Shown here: positions 23,852 to 37,600 of the stretch, piece by piece
How the letters are laid out: every line of letters starts with the position of its first letter
How positions within the stretch are numbered: position 1 is the stretch's first letter
Source of the DNA: Klebsormidium nitens
Lineage: Eukaryota; Plantae; Klebsormidiophyceae
Assembly: GCA_000708835.1 (NCBI GenBank)
Contig: DF237287.1
Span: 1 to 64,000 of the forward strand
Direction: 5' to 3'
Length of the DNA stretch: 64,000 nt
Notes under the pieces: generated by a model
What the model was told of the DNA's origin: nothing
The model's input: only the letters and a program-made list of their open reading frames with translations
The model's database searches: none
Position numbers and translations under genes: made by a program

Positions 23852-25678
23852 TCCTCGCCAGAACTGTGGCCAAAAAGAAGTGGTGCCCTCGAAGGCTGCA
23901 ACTTTGCATGTGCACCTAACAGGGCAATTTATCAAGAGCGCACCGATGTACTGGCTCCCTTTGCAAACAGTTGTCCCTAGATCTCCGCTTGAAGTTGAAG
24001 CACCTTCAGCATCCCTTTTAGGGCCACTGCATCATTACGGTATTCCAAGACGCAGGTTGGCGGCTTGCTCTTGAGTCTTGAACACGCTGTGTGAGGGGCC
24101 ACGGTGACGCCTGCCACGGACGGTCACATTGCATGAAGAGGCTCATGCCCACCTTGGCCCCAGGGCTCCCTCTGATCCAGTTCTTTTTCCACGTGTTGCT
24201 TCCATATTTGCTTGTCAGAGGGTCTTCCGGGTAATACGGCGCTCGAAAATCAAAATGGGTACTGCAAGCCGTCGACAGAGTTCATCTGACGGTGCTGCTT
24301 GTTTTACGATCTTTAGGGCTCGCACTTACAATACGTACTTGGAAGTACAAGTGTACATCGGTGTACCATGCCGGTCCAGGGACCAGCCTGGGTTCAACTA
24401 CCGTACACATGAACGCCACCGAATGTTGCTGCAAAATTGCTCACTTCTTGGGCTGCTCTTGATGGATACTTCTCTTGATCAGCAGCTGCCTCGATTAATG
24501 CTGGCCGTGGCATTGCGCGCATTTCGCTGTGGGACGGGCTCTTGTAACTCTCTTCAACCTCGACTGTCAAGGAGTTGCATCTGTCAAAGAGAAGAAGCCT
24601 TTTTAGCACGTTTGCAGGTGGTTGCTGGTTTCCATGTTGTAGCTGATTGCAAGAGGTCGAAGCCAACGTGCACTGCCATGCACAGTCTGCACTGGACATA
24701 TGCATAGTCCAGTGCATAGGGTCGCTGATCTTAGCAGGAAGCTGCCTTCACAGCTGATGCATTAGGAACGTTTGGCCTACTTGCGTGCAGTCTCTCCTGA
24801 GCAGGTTTTGTAAGGGCGCCCTGGAAGAATGGAGGACCAAGTGGTGGCGCAAGGCGTCAGTGAGCCATCAGCAGAATGGCTGAGTAACAGCCAGAACTGG
24901 GGGCTGCAATATGTGAGAAGCCCCAAAATCTTCTTGAGTTTGATAGAGAATTGCCTCAATCTTGGACGTGGAGTGGGTTCACCCTTGATATTCTGCCATC
25001 GGAGACTCTTCCTGTCCCATGATGGCATTGCTGGTCATGCTGAAGACTAAGTTGATTGATGCCCTCATTCCTGCTGGAGGACAATTGGAAGCATGATAAC
25101 AATTTCGCTCACAACTTCTGACGTGCTTGACAAGGCTTTTTGTAACATTTGAATCGTGCATGATGCAATCCTGCTGATGTCAGGGCATGTCCGGAGAATT
25201 GCTTCCTGTCTCATTTGCATTGACGCAGTGGGACATTGTGAAAGGCACTGTTTGCTGCAGTTTTGAACGTGACTGATCTCTGGCAGGTCACAAGGCATAG
25301 TTCCAGAACTGCTCAGCCTCACATACTCATGCATAAACAGCTGTGAACAAAAGATTGAGCTTACAAGTGCTGAAAATGTAGATCTGTCATTTTCCTTACC
25401 AGACTCTGCCAGTGCCAGGTTCAGCTCTCAACAATGGGGGCACACGACCTGACAAGTCGATGAAGTCATAATGAAACCTTCCACCAAAAGCTGTTACACC
25501 TTATTCATCGAGTCTCCGGAGTCCTAAATCCAACCTCCTGTGAGATTGTTACTGCCATTGATTGTTGATCAGCTTTTCAGACACTTCCAAAGTTTCATGT
25601 GTGTTGCAAGTTGTTCGCAGAAATTCACTTGCATCTGTTGGGTGACAAACCTGACCCTCATTCGACTCCATTCTGCAG

Positions 25679-28600
25679 AGGTTCAAGGAGGCCAACCTTC
25701 TCGACCTCACCCGCGCCCCCGTCGACCGCTCGCGCCTCGCCGCCTGGCTCCACTCCCACCCCGACTCCGTCCCCACTTTCATACACGCCCTTCTCCCGAG
25801 CGTCAGCCTCGACCCAGATGAGTACGCTGTAGACAACTACCGGCAGGCGATGGCCTGGGTGCGCTGGGCCATGCTGGGGGCACCGGAGGACGTCCCCCGG
25901 GCGCTCGACGCCCTGCTCGACACAGGGAGCCAGGGCACCGGAGCGTGCGGCGCACAATGGGGCACAAACGACATCGCGTACCGCTGCCGGGACTGCGAGC
26001 TGGACCCGACGTGCGCCGTGTGCGCCTCGTGTTTCCTGGCCGGAGAGCACAGGGACCACGACTACCAGATGATCCGCACGGGCGGCGGTTGCTGCGACTG
26101 CGGCGACCCGACGGCCTGGCGGCGGGAGGGGTTCTGTCCCAATCACCAGGGGCCGTCTGGGGAGAGCGTCGCGCTCCCCGAGGCTTTCGTGCGCACGGCG
26201 ACTCCGGTCCTGAAAGCGGTGCTGGCGGACTGGGTCGAGAGGCTGGACGTCGCCAGCAAAGCACTGGAGGAGGAGGACTACTACGGAAAGGAAGACGTCG
26301 TAAGCGCCGCAGAAGGCACGAGCACCGTGGTGGCCAGAGAACTTCTAAATTTATGCAACCGGGGGGAGGCGCTATTGCGCTTTGTGGGACGGTTGGTGGG
26401 GGATGAACAACTGGGGCTGCTGAGTGTGCTGATGGGTGCGGGACGGGCGCTGGACTCGGAAGCGGAGACGGAGGTGCACGCGCTGCTGTACAAGCTGCTG
26501 GGGGACCCGGACTTCAAGTACAGCTTCGCCAAAGTGAGCGTTCTCTAGTCATACAAAATTCGATGAGACTCCGAACGGAAGTTTGGCAGCAGAGACCGAT
26601 TCCATAACCCAGCTTGCCAACTGGAATTCGTAAGGTAGTGGTACTTCAGGCCCGGATCTTCGGAGCTACGATCTTGGGAACAGAGCACTTCCGACAGGAT
26701 GTGTGATCGTCAAAGGATTGCCACTGGAAGCTTCCGGTTTCGAGATTATTGTGGATGATTAGGCCTTCAAAAGCTGGGTGCTGCCTGACATGTGTGTAAG
26801 GGCAAGCCCGTTTCGATTCCTGAGGTTCGCTATCGTTGGACCGGGTATAGGTAGTCCCTTTTGGTTCACGAATTCAATCTTAAATCTATTGTGTTCACTC
26901 TCACTCTTTAAATTGGGCAAACGAGTTGTTGAGAATCCAAAGCACATGCACTTCCAGCATTATCGTCCCTTACAAGTCGCTGACCGGAAGCAAGCAACCG
27001 TCCAGAAACCGACCACTTTGCGTGTTTTTTGCGGCTCTATAAACATGACGCCCTCCTCGCTTCCGCAGGTGTTCCTTCAAAACTACACCCTCTTTGCGGA
27101 ACAGCGCGGGTACCCGCTCACGCACTTCTCCGGCTTCTCAGTGCAAATCTTCACAGTGCCTCTGCTGACCGCACGATTGGTTCTCGAGAACGATCTGCTG
27201 GACATTCTGCTGTCCACGCTGCGGGACGCTGTGCGTCCCGCCATAGGACAAATGGGACGTTTGGAGGTACGTAATCTCTTTCTTCTCACTTTTGCTTCTG
27301 ATGTTCATTTCCAGTTGCCATAGGTCGTTGAGGACTATCACGTTGTCGTTGCGGCTGTTTTGTCATCCTGGAAGGAGAGGCGAGAGTTTGAAGTCAAGCG
27401 GGAGTTCGTAGCAGTCGAAAATTTGTCTGAGAAAAAAGCTTCCACGTGCAACGTAGAGAACCCATCGGGACTACGGTAGTAAACTTCGGCTGCACCCTGC
27501 CGCATTCTTTTGCTCTGCCATCGTGAGAGATGCTGTCCTGTGCACAGAATGTCCCCGGCTCCAATTTAAGAGGTTCCTACCGGCCTAAGATTCACTGCAC
27601 AGGTTTTGACACTCTCTTCCGGTTTCTCTTTCTTTGACTCTTATTATCTATGATAGCTAAGCAAGCGGACAGTCTCTTGCGCTCCTCAGGTGGCCCACTC
27701 CAGCATCCAGACCCAGCAATACTCCCGCATCCTCAGCGACCTCAAGTACGTCCTCTCCGCCCCCGCGGTCGCCGGCTTCGCCGCCGAGGTCCGTCCCGAG
27801 CTCGCGCGCTCCTTCGTGCACTTCCTCGCCTTTCCGCAGGGCATGCTGCCGCACACACGACGTACCGGCACGCACATCGAGATGGAATCCGAGGCCTGGC
27901 GGGACGCGCTGATGCTCGAGACGGAGCTCGGGATGCTGTACCGGTTGATCGTAGAAGGAGCGAAGCAGGGTCGGGGGGCCTGGGACGAGGTAGCGGTCGA
28001 GCTTTCGAGCACAGAGGGGGAGGAGACGGGACGTGGGGAACAAGTGGCAGGTGAAACTGGAGCTGATGCCTTGACGGGGATGGAAGGAACGAGTACCGAG
28101 GGGCAACGAGAGTCGAGAAAAGGCAAGGAGAAGGTTCCGCAAGAGGAGGGGAAAGCGCAGACGGACACGAGTGTTTTTGGCGATTCGGACGGCCTGCCTG
28201 AGGAGGAGTACAAGGAGAAGGTGATGGCGTCTCTTGCAGAGATGACCCGGGAGATGGCGAGCTCGGGGCTGGCGAGCCCCGACTTCTTCGCGGTCATGGT
28301 GGGCATGCTGGTGGAGGCGGGGACGCCGTCGCCGCCGGGGGATCCCTCTCTGACGTCATCGCAGCCGGGGGATCCCACTCCGGTCGTGCAGAAGGACCAG
28401 GGTCGAGTCGATCCGGACGGCGTACCTGCGCCGCTGACGAGCCTGATCGCAGTCTGTGCCGGCGTTCTTGCGACGTGGGTGGAGATCGACCAGGTGCGCG
28501 AGTCGCGCAGGCTGGTGCCGGAGCTGATGGCCAGGGAAGCGGCAGATGAACCGGGGTATCCCCCCCGGCAGCTCGAGCGGGTCGCTTTGACGCGGGCGCG

Positions 28601-31600
28601 GTTAGTACGAACAACCCGGCGTTCGGAGCGGATCGTCGGGGCTCAGGACGTGAGACCGGGCCAGCTGCCGGGACTGCCAGAGGTGGCCGGTTTAGCAGCC
28701 CCGGTTAAGGCCAAACCTGCGGCAAACGAGGAGCCAGTTGGGTGGGTAACCTTAGCAGAGTCCGCAAAGTGGCAGACGGTCCACTTTGATGTGGCTAAGC
28801 AGCCGGTGTCGTTCCACCTGCCGCTGCACCGATTCCTGGCGCAGTGCTTCCGGGGGGCGGTGGAGTGCACCGGGGGGGGCTCTCAGGGGCAGTTCCTACG
28901 GTCGCTCCTCCCCGCAAAGTACCGGGAGAGCGGGTTTCCTGCTGCAGTGATGGAGCACGTCCTGCAGCTGCAGGTGGGTCCTGAGAGCAGGGTCCCGTTG
29001 GCCAGTGGCAAGGCTTTGATAAACATTTTTCTCCGTGCTCCCAATCCAACGCTTCAGGAACCACAGTCAGACTTTTGAGACCTGGATGTTCGGTCTACTT
29101 CCAGCCTTCCACAGCGCATACATTGGGGGCGTTGCATAGTCCTAAAATTCGTGACTGCTGATCCATTAGAGTGTGCAGGGAGTTCCTGTGGCCCTCTAAA
29201 CTGCTGTTCCGCTCCTTATTACGAGCACTTGCAGATCTCTCGTGCTTGCCCAGTTTATCACTCACACCCACTCCGCTCACCACCCGCCTGTCTCCCCAGA
29301 TCCGTGCCGGCATGTAGCACCGCAACGGCTTCAGGAGCGCCCACTTGGCCGCCCGGTTCAGCAAAAACTACTCAACACTTCTCTCCTTCTTCATGCTTGC
29401 CACGTATCTCAGCCTCATTACCTAACCAATTCCCCTTCTCCGCAGGTCCTAAACGCCCAGATTCGTGCCGGCATGTGGCGCCGCAACGGCTCCGGCATTG
29501 CCCACCTGGCCGCCCTGTACAGCAACAACTACTGGTGCGAGGACAGCCGCGACCTGGACGTTTTTCTGCTCCAGTGCTGCGCGGTGCTCGCGCCCCCAGA
29601 GGACTTTGTCCAGCGAGTCGTGCAGCGGTTTGGCCTGGAGGAGTACCTTGCGGGGGCCTCCTTGGAGCATGAGTAAGATAGTGATAGAATGCTTCTGTTG
29701 ATGAAGTTTTATGGGTTTGACTCAGGAGGGTTTGCTTCATCTGAGATAAGCCCTCATTGGATTTTGGGTATGGTTGAGAAGTGTCAGTCGCTTGCACTGC
29801 CAACCATACTGACAGATGTACGCTTGAAGACAAAGCTTTGATAGTAGTCCATCGTGAAGGTCAACGTAATCGGTGACTGATAGTTCAATTTACGACGCGA
29901 GCTTAACCAGTGTTGCGCCGGCCCTTGGATCCCTTGTTTCGGACGGGAGCAAGCACTTTCATCACATCACTGTTGGACAAAGAGTCTGCCCATAACCTCT
30001 GGTGTCTCGTCGACATAATGTGCTGCCTCCGAAGAAATACGTCGTGCCCCCGCAACAACCACTGGTTCGTGCTCGCACTTCGTCTTACGTCGGGGCCCTG
30101 TTGCAGGTACGAGCCGCAGCTGGCCGAGGCCCTGCTCGCCCTCCTGGTGCGCATCAGCTCCGAACGGGGCCTCTCGGGGCTGGACGAGAAGCAGCTGCTG
30201 CGGCGCGAGCTGGTGCAACGACTGGCGCGCGAGGACGCCACGTACAGTGCCCTCTCCAAAGCGTTGCCGCCCAAGCTGCGCGAGAGCAAGCACATCAAAG
30301 ACGCGCTGCGCGGTGTGGCCACGTTCATTAAGCCCACAGGTGGGGGCGGTTTTTTTCAGAGAACCTGTATTTGTCGTGAGCAGGGGTCGCCGTGAGCAGG
30401 GGACAAACCGGAGCTCCCGAAGTTTTCAAACTCTTTCCTTGTTAACGCATATCTCAGGATGGAGGCCCGGAGAGTTTTCTTTTTCTTCTACGTCGTAGCC
30501 GCTCCTTTTCTTCGTCAGAATGCGGCCTAATTGTTTCCCTCTTATGGTCTTTCTTCATTTTTCTTCAGGTTTGGAGCCCGGAAAGTTTGCCCTCAAGGAC
30601 AAGTGCTGGCAGGAGCTGGACCCCTGGGCGCTCTCCTGGGACCGCGCCAAGCTGCAAGAAGCCGAGGAGCGCTTCTTCCGGGCGACCAACAAGTCGGCAA
30701 CGTTCGCGCTCCTGCCAAAGTGGACGGACCCGTTTCCCGCCTTTGCGGGCCTTGTGAATATCCCCACGAGCAGAGCGGTGCACGATATAGTGGTTGCGAT
30801 GCTCAGTCGGGCGGAGGAGGGGAGAGACGGGAAGGTCACCGACAACGGGCTGTATGCGGCGCTGCATCTGCTGGCCCTGGCGCTGGACACGTGTCAGAAG
30901 GCGACTGGCCCGGTGGATCGGCTGCCGTTCTTTCAGAAGGCTGTGGAGGGAGTGCTGGGTATAGTGGGCGGGAGGGGCTTTTCGGCGGGGGCCAGTTCGG
31001 GAGCTGGGAAGCGGGGTCTGGTTGAGCTGCTCGTACGGCTCAGGGGGCGCTTTTTGCAGGGAGAAGCGGGGGGGGACGCGAGAAAAACGGAGGGGGCGAA
31101 GATGATTGAGGGCTTTCTGAGAAGTCTAGCCACGATGCACGAAGCCTTGCAGCGTGGGATCCTGACGCTCGATCCGACCGTTCTGTCCGAAATGGAGGAA
31201 AGTAAAGAGACCGGTACGGGTCCGCCAACGGAGATCGAGCAGCGGAAGCAGCAAGCACGGGCTCGTCAGGCCGCGATGCTGGCGCGCATGAAGGCGTCGC
31301 AGGCGCAGTTCGCCGCGACAATGACTGCAGGCGATGACGAAAGCGAGCAGGAGTCAGAGGCTGCCACGTGTGTGCTCTGCAGAGCGCCATCGAGCGAGTC
31401 GGGGGCCAGCCCGCTGTGCCACGTGGTCCTAGGGCAGCGCTCGCGCGTTGTGGCGTGGGCGCGTCGCCCGTTGCCGGACTGGCAGGCGGGTATTCACACC
31501 GAGGGGGGGCCCGACGCCGAGCGGCACTACTCGCGGTTGGGCCCGATTGGGTGGAGTGCGCAGGGGGGGATGTGATGGGCCCGGGGGGGCGGATGCTCGT

Positions 31601-34600
31601 GGCAACCACGCGGGGGGCGCTTTGGATGAACGAGGGGGAGGTGATGGATTTGGACGTCCCTGAGGGGGATCTGACGGAGTTTGCGGCGGGGGGTGAAGAT
31701 GAGTTGGTAGCTCAACAGGTGATGGAAGCCATGTGGGGGAACCTGATGCCTGTCGAGGGAGGTGTGGCGTTGCTTGCGCAGGACGAGGACGGGGGTGGGG
31801 AAGAAGAGGGCGCCCCGGCGCCGAACGCCTGGCAAATGGTAGTGGGGGGGCAGGTATTGGCGCCTGGACCGACCCCCTTCTTGGGGCAAGCAGAGGGAGA
31901 GGTGGGGCCCCCGGAGAGAATAGCGGAGTCAGAGGACGAGGAAGGAGGAGACTGGGAGATGGAGGAGGTTGAGGATGACGACGCGGTGTCCGAGTTTGGT
32001 AAGGAGGGTTGCCCTCAGAGCATGAGGATTTTTAGGATCGCTACACGCTACCTAACAAAAATAATGGACGGAGCAAGCATTTTGAAGTATTGAAGAAAGT
32101 TTGAAGAGTCCGAAAACCATTCTCGCGTCTTAACGTGCTCTCAGGCTTGACAGGGGGTGTCTTCCGATTTGAGAATCAAGTGTTGTTGATTTTCAATTCC
32201 TTTCCGTGAGGTGCACGCAGTCTCGCTCGCCCGAGGAACCGCTCAAAGTCTGTCATACGCCGGCTTTTGTCGTTCGGGGGACAACATTTGTTTCCCTCTT
32301 TCGCAGAGGACCTCTTGGAAAGCTTCCTTGAGGCAGAAACTGACCACGGTCCGGGACTGGCCTCGGACGATGACGATGAACCATCAAATGACAGTAAGTC
32401 CTCGTTCTCATGATTTGATCTGAGCCGTTTCTGTCCTCTTTCAGGCGCTATTATCATTGTATGCGTTATCGAGCTTTTAGTACGTAGACCACAGATTCAT
32501 GTGCAGCTAAGCTTCTGTTCGAAGAAGACGCAGTGAACTACCGTGCATTCTGAGCATATCTAGTCCTTAAGACGGAGCTTTGGAAGACGTTGACTGTAGA
32601 AAGGCGTTTTACTGAAATATGTTTTTGCATCCGCAAAGGTCATTTGGAAAATTCCAAGCACACACGCTCTGCAAGCCTATTGTGTCGATCAGATTATGAA
32701 TGTAAAAGCAGGAAGCTATCGAGTAGAATGCAAACACGCACCTTTCCACACGTCAGCTGCTCTCTTAACTCTTTCTTTACTGCTGCACTGTTAGGCGGCT
32801 CCCCTGACGATCACGACATGCCGACGGCCGCCCCTGCGGCCGAAAGAATAGCACAAACAAACGGCACCGCCCCCCCCGAAGCTTCCACGGCAGAAGACTC
32901 TTCGGGGGGAACCGAACCGAGGCCCAGCGCACCCCCACCGGACGTGGCCGGCCCCAGTAACCCTTCCCCGGGCGAAGAACGTGGGAGAGATCAAGCGATC
33001 GAAGAGCAGTTGAGACAATTTTTGGCCGCCGAAGCGGCGGCGGAAGTCGCGCCTGGGGGAAGCGCCCTTCTTCCGGGGGGTCCCCNNNNNNNNNNNNNNN
33101 NNNNNNNNNNNNNNNNNNNNNNNNNNNNNNNNNNNNNNNNNNNNNNNNNNNNNNNNNNNNNNNNNNNNNNNNNNNNNNNNNNNNNNNNNNNNNNNNNNNN
33201 NNNNNNNNNNNNNNNNNNNNNNNNNNNNNNNNNNNNNNNNNNNNNNNNNNNNNNNGGGGTGGGCGAAATGCGGCAGAGGGGGGAGAAGAAAGGGGACGAG
33301 TGGAGGGGCCAGTGGGCGAGGCCGGAGTCGATGCTGCGTTAGAGGAAGCCGCCGCCGCTGCGTTCCAGAGGCAGCTTCTGGCGGCTCACGGTGCCATGTT
33401 CCCCGCTGGGCCGGGTGCAGCAGCGCGGAGGGCGGGAGGGGATGGAGGGCAGCCGGACTACGCGGCCCTCCAACGCGTAATCGAAGGAGCTTTGCGCGAC
33501 GCTGAGGTACAGAGCGGCACCGGGGCGGGCGAAGGAAGCGCGGCCGCACCAGCACGTCTCAGTGCGTCCGAGGAAGGGATCCCCCAATTCGAGCAGGCGG
33601 AAGGGTCCCTGCAGGCCTTAAGCCACGCCCTCTTTGGGCGTCCGGACGATCGTAGCAACGAGCCTGGGCAGACAACGGACGCAGGTTCGGGCGCTGCGCC
33701 GGAGCAGGAACTAGAATGGCTGCGCGCGGCTGCTGGCGACGACGCCACGGTGGCTGGGCCGTCGGATGACGTCATGCGGGGCCTTTACACCAAGTACGTG
33801 ACGTACCATCGTATCGCGGCGGAGGCTCAGCCGGCTGCGGAAGCGGAAGCGGAAGACGGGGTCGGGTTGCACTTCCGGGCGTGCGGCCACGCGATTCACG
33901 CCAAGTGCCTGGAGGGCTACTTCCAGAGCCTGTACCAGTCGAGCATGCAGAGGTAGGGCCCGCGGTGTGAATATGCTCGCAGACCGGGTTCCCTCTTTTC
34001 AAGCCGTTCGGAAGGTGCACGGCCGAATTCCAAAGATCGACTGCCTGAATTGGGGCAACGTGCTTAAGGGCTGTCCAGGCTGTTGGATCTGTTTGTCTTC
34101 GACGGCCTTTTCTCTTGAATTGTGCGTCGCTAAGGGTCCAATAAGGAAAGGGGATTGCTTGTGAACGTTGCTGCTTACTTGGGCTCGGATGGCGGAATCA
34201 AAGGCCTTTGCCGAAAGATAATTTTAAGGGATACTCCAAATACTTTCTACTTGACACTGACCCTTGCAAGTCTGGACAACTCTCGCATTCTCAAGAGTAC
34301 TTACGTCTGCTCTGTGCATACCGTCCAATTGCAGAGAACTCTTCGAGGGCGCGCACATCGTCAGCCTCGACGCGGGCGAGTTCCTGTGCCCCGTCTGCCG
34401 CCGCCTCGCCAATGCCGCGCTCCCCATGCTGCCCGCCGCGCCCTCAAACGCACTGCTGACGTCAGCACCGTCTGCAGTCCCCGCTTCCAGTCCCGCGGGC
34501 GCTTCAGCTGTTGGCGAGGTGCCCCCCGGGGCCGAAAACGGAGCCACGTCATCACCGGTTGCAACCCCCGGCCCCTCTCCTGGGGGCGCTTCAGCCGCAG

Positions 34601-37600
34601 GCGAGGTCCCCCCCCGGGCACAAAATGGAGCGTCCTCCTCAACCGGTCCCCCAGCAGTGTCGGAGTCACCCCGAGATGCACCAGACACAGGTCCGAGTTC
34701 GCAAGCGGAGGCTCGTCCGGGGGAAACGGGTGCCGGCATGCCAATCGCGGAGTATGTGCGCCCCGCCGTAAAGCTGATTCTCGACGCGGAGGTACGGACG
34801 GACCCCAACGGCCCGTACGGCATCGACGAAAGCTACTGGGCGTCGGGCCGCAATCAGGCACCGGTTGCGCCGGAGGTCACGGGGGCTCTGGAGAACCTTG
34901 CCACACGGGGTGCGCGATTGTCGGGCCGAACGAGGCCGACACACGGGCTGGAGCTGTGGGAGGCGCTGGGGTTCACCGTGCAGGCGACCGAGCTGGCCGC
35001 GAGGAGGGTGAGCGGGTCGCCGGAAAGGGGTGCGGGGATTTTGGACAAACTTGGACGGTCCACGAGCGACGTTGGCGCAGAGGGCGCGGTTCCGGACAAA
35101 GGCAAGCGGGCTGTGACGGATACCGGCGCCAGTGTGCCGAAGGAAGAGAGTTCCCAGGTCGAGCGGGCACAGTCTGACGTCACTGATCACGTCAGCAAGC
35201 GGCTCGAGGCGCTCGCGGCTGCTGCGGGGGACGAGGGTCGCTCAGTGTTGCGGCCGTTGGCGCAGGCGACGATCGCGCTGCGCGGCGCGAGCATTCCGGA
35301 GCAGCTGTTCCGGGCGCGGGGGCTGCAGATCCTGGCGGGGGCGTTGCTCAGGGGAAAGTCCAGGTAAGGGAGCTCAGGTGTTTTGTAGACACTTCGGAAG
35401 TTCATGCTGTTTTCGGAGTTTTTGCAGAGGCACTGCTCAGGGGGAGGTCCAGATAAGGGAGTCAAGACGTTTTGCAGAACTGAAGGAAGCTGTCTCATTT
35501 CCAGAATCCCATGCGCTTCCGCTGGTCTTAGCCACCTTTGGCCTGTCTCGTTTTCTCGGCGCCCACAATCGTTCCCATCTCTTGGTTTGGCGACATTTCA
35601 AGCAGCGGCCGAAGAATTCATACCATGCACCGCTTGGAGTGTCCCTCCGGTATCTGAAAGGGCTTGTCGACCTCAACGGCAGGATTCGGCCACAAAGAGA
35701 ACGGGAGAATTTTTGCTCGAGTCGGGTCGTCCGGACAACAAAACGCCTCCAAGCAGACAGACTGACCACTTTCCAGTGAGGAAACCTTTGCTCTTTTCGC
35801 TTTTTGTGCAGGGACGAACTCCCCAGCGAGCTGACCGCCGGGCACTCGGATCGAACGGCCGCGGAGACGCGCTTCTGGCGGCTGCTGGCGGACCCCGTCC
35901 TGTTCCACGACCCGTTCTCCACTCTAGTTCGCCTGCTGTACGTCCTCAAGGGGGACCTCTTGGATGCGGAGGGAATGAAGGCGCTGATACGCTTTCTGCA
36001 CCTAGTATTGTTGGAGGTAAGCGTGATGAAGGTTGAGTTTGGGGATCATAAGCGGGCAGGACGGGTAGCTAAGCACCCTGGGACGGATGGGGTCAGTTTT
36101 GAGAGTTGGGATGGTTTCGGGCGCAGAGCAAGCGGATTCAGGACGCAAATATGCTGTGGTAGTTGAGGGCCTTTTTGGGGCTTTCTATTCCTAGATTCGA
36201 CCACTCTGCGAGTATTGACCTCTTTGGGAGTCAAGCGAAAACTAGTTAGTCCGTCCCTGGAAACGTCAATGCTCTTTCTGCGACTGCCCTTCGATACCCC
36301 CTCCCTCCGATTGTGCATCTGCTTTGGCCCCCTTCTCTGAGTTTGAAACACGGAACTTCCAAACTGCCCGGCAATGCATGCGGCCCTAAGACCCTGAAGC
36401 CCTAAATACTCTCGTACCCTAAAACCCCAAAAGTGCTGGTCATTACGCCTCTGCTCCACGTCATGCAGGCGTGTAATTCCTGCCCCCACGCACCCTCCAA
36501 CCAGGAGGCGTCCGTTCCGCCGACGGAAGCGACACGCGCTGAGCGCCTCCGTCGGATGTCCCTCCCCTTCCTGCGCCAGAGCGCCCTCCTCCTGGAAGCG
36601 CTGCACCCGGGTTCCGTCCCCAGCTTCCGTTCTCCGGCGGAATCCGCTGCGGCTGCCGCAGCGCGCTCCGCTGCGTCGCGCACGCGCATCGTCGCCCCGC
36701 CGGAAGAGGCCGCTGACGTCATCGAAGCCGGCGCGGGGCACCTCGAAGCGCTTGTACTTGAAGCCGACCTGGGACTCGCTCTGGAGCGGATCACGGCGGC
36801 GGAGCGTGCTGATGTGGCGGCCCCGGCGGACACGTGGCAGCGGCATTTCGAGGCGGAGGTCGAGGGGTGGCGCGGGGTGGAGACGTACCGGGGGGAAAGG
36901 GATGCGAGGCCGTTCCAGCTGATGCAACTGCCTCGCAACTACCACGAGCTGTTTCAGAGGTGGGTGACGGTATGACTGGCGTCGGCCGAAAAACGCGCTT
37001 TGGGAGGGAGTGAGGGTAGAGTTTTCTCGCTTGGCAAGGTGACGTGGTCAAAAGCGAAACTATACGGCCGTGAATCGGACATCATCATTCGTAGGGACTT
37101 CGTACTGCCAGCACACCGCGTGGTTTGATGAAATTTTTGACCTCTTTCAGCGACTGTTCTGTTATCACTTTCATCCAAAGCGCTTATGCTTCGAATCTGA
37201 CAACAGGAACGAGGAACCTGTTGAGAACGAGCAATCTTCTATTTTGCAGCAACTGCCTGGGTTTGGTCCTCTCGTCCAGCATATTCCTTGAGCTTCAGTA
37301 TCGAAGTTTGAATCAACTTAAGCCGCGAGGACCTTAAGGTCTTGCTTTCGTAGAGGGCCGAGGGGGGCCTCGTCTGATTACCGTTGGGTCTTCAATTGGG
37401 GTCACCGTTCGTTCCAGGCACGTCTCTTCCACAAAAATAATCAGAGCCGAGTCCTCACTTGCCCGTCGTCAACTTCGACCCGGTCAACGATCGCGCAATG
37501 AAGATTCCCACACTTTCTTCGCACCGACTAAGAAACTCGAGAATCGACAGCCGGCTACACTACGCCGTCTATCAGCCCGTGCTGCGTAGTCCTTCCGCCC

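Noticed and set aside
24829-24862. ATG GAG GAC CAA GTG GTG GCG CAA as PRT6 first exon
   Set aside because: No donor in the right phase could be convincingly matched to the 25679 acceptor, so the start is left unresolved.
36384-36430. Degenerate CCCTAAA-like runs in a PRT6 intron as interstitial telomere
   Set aside because: Only 4-5 imperfect, interrupted units; indistinguishable from branch-point-region sequence.
25658-36945. Many long antisense/alternate-frame ORFs over PRT6 (also over BOR, TRM5, CLC)
   Set aside because: These are shadow ORFs expected from GC-rich exons with few stop codons and have no independent motifs.
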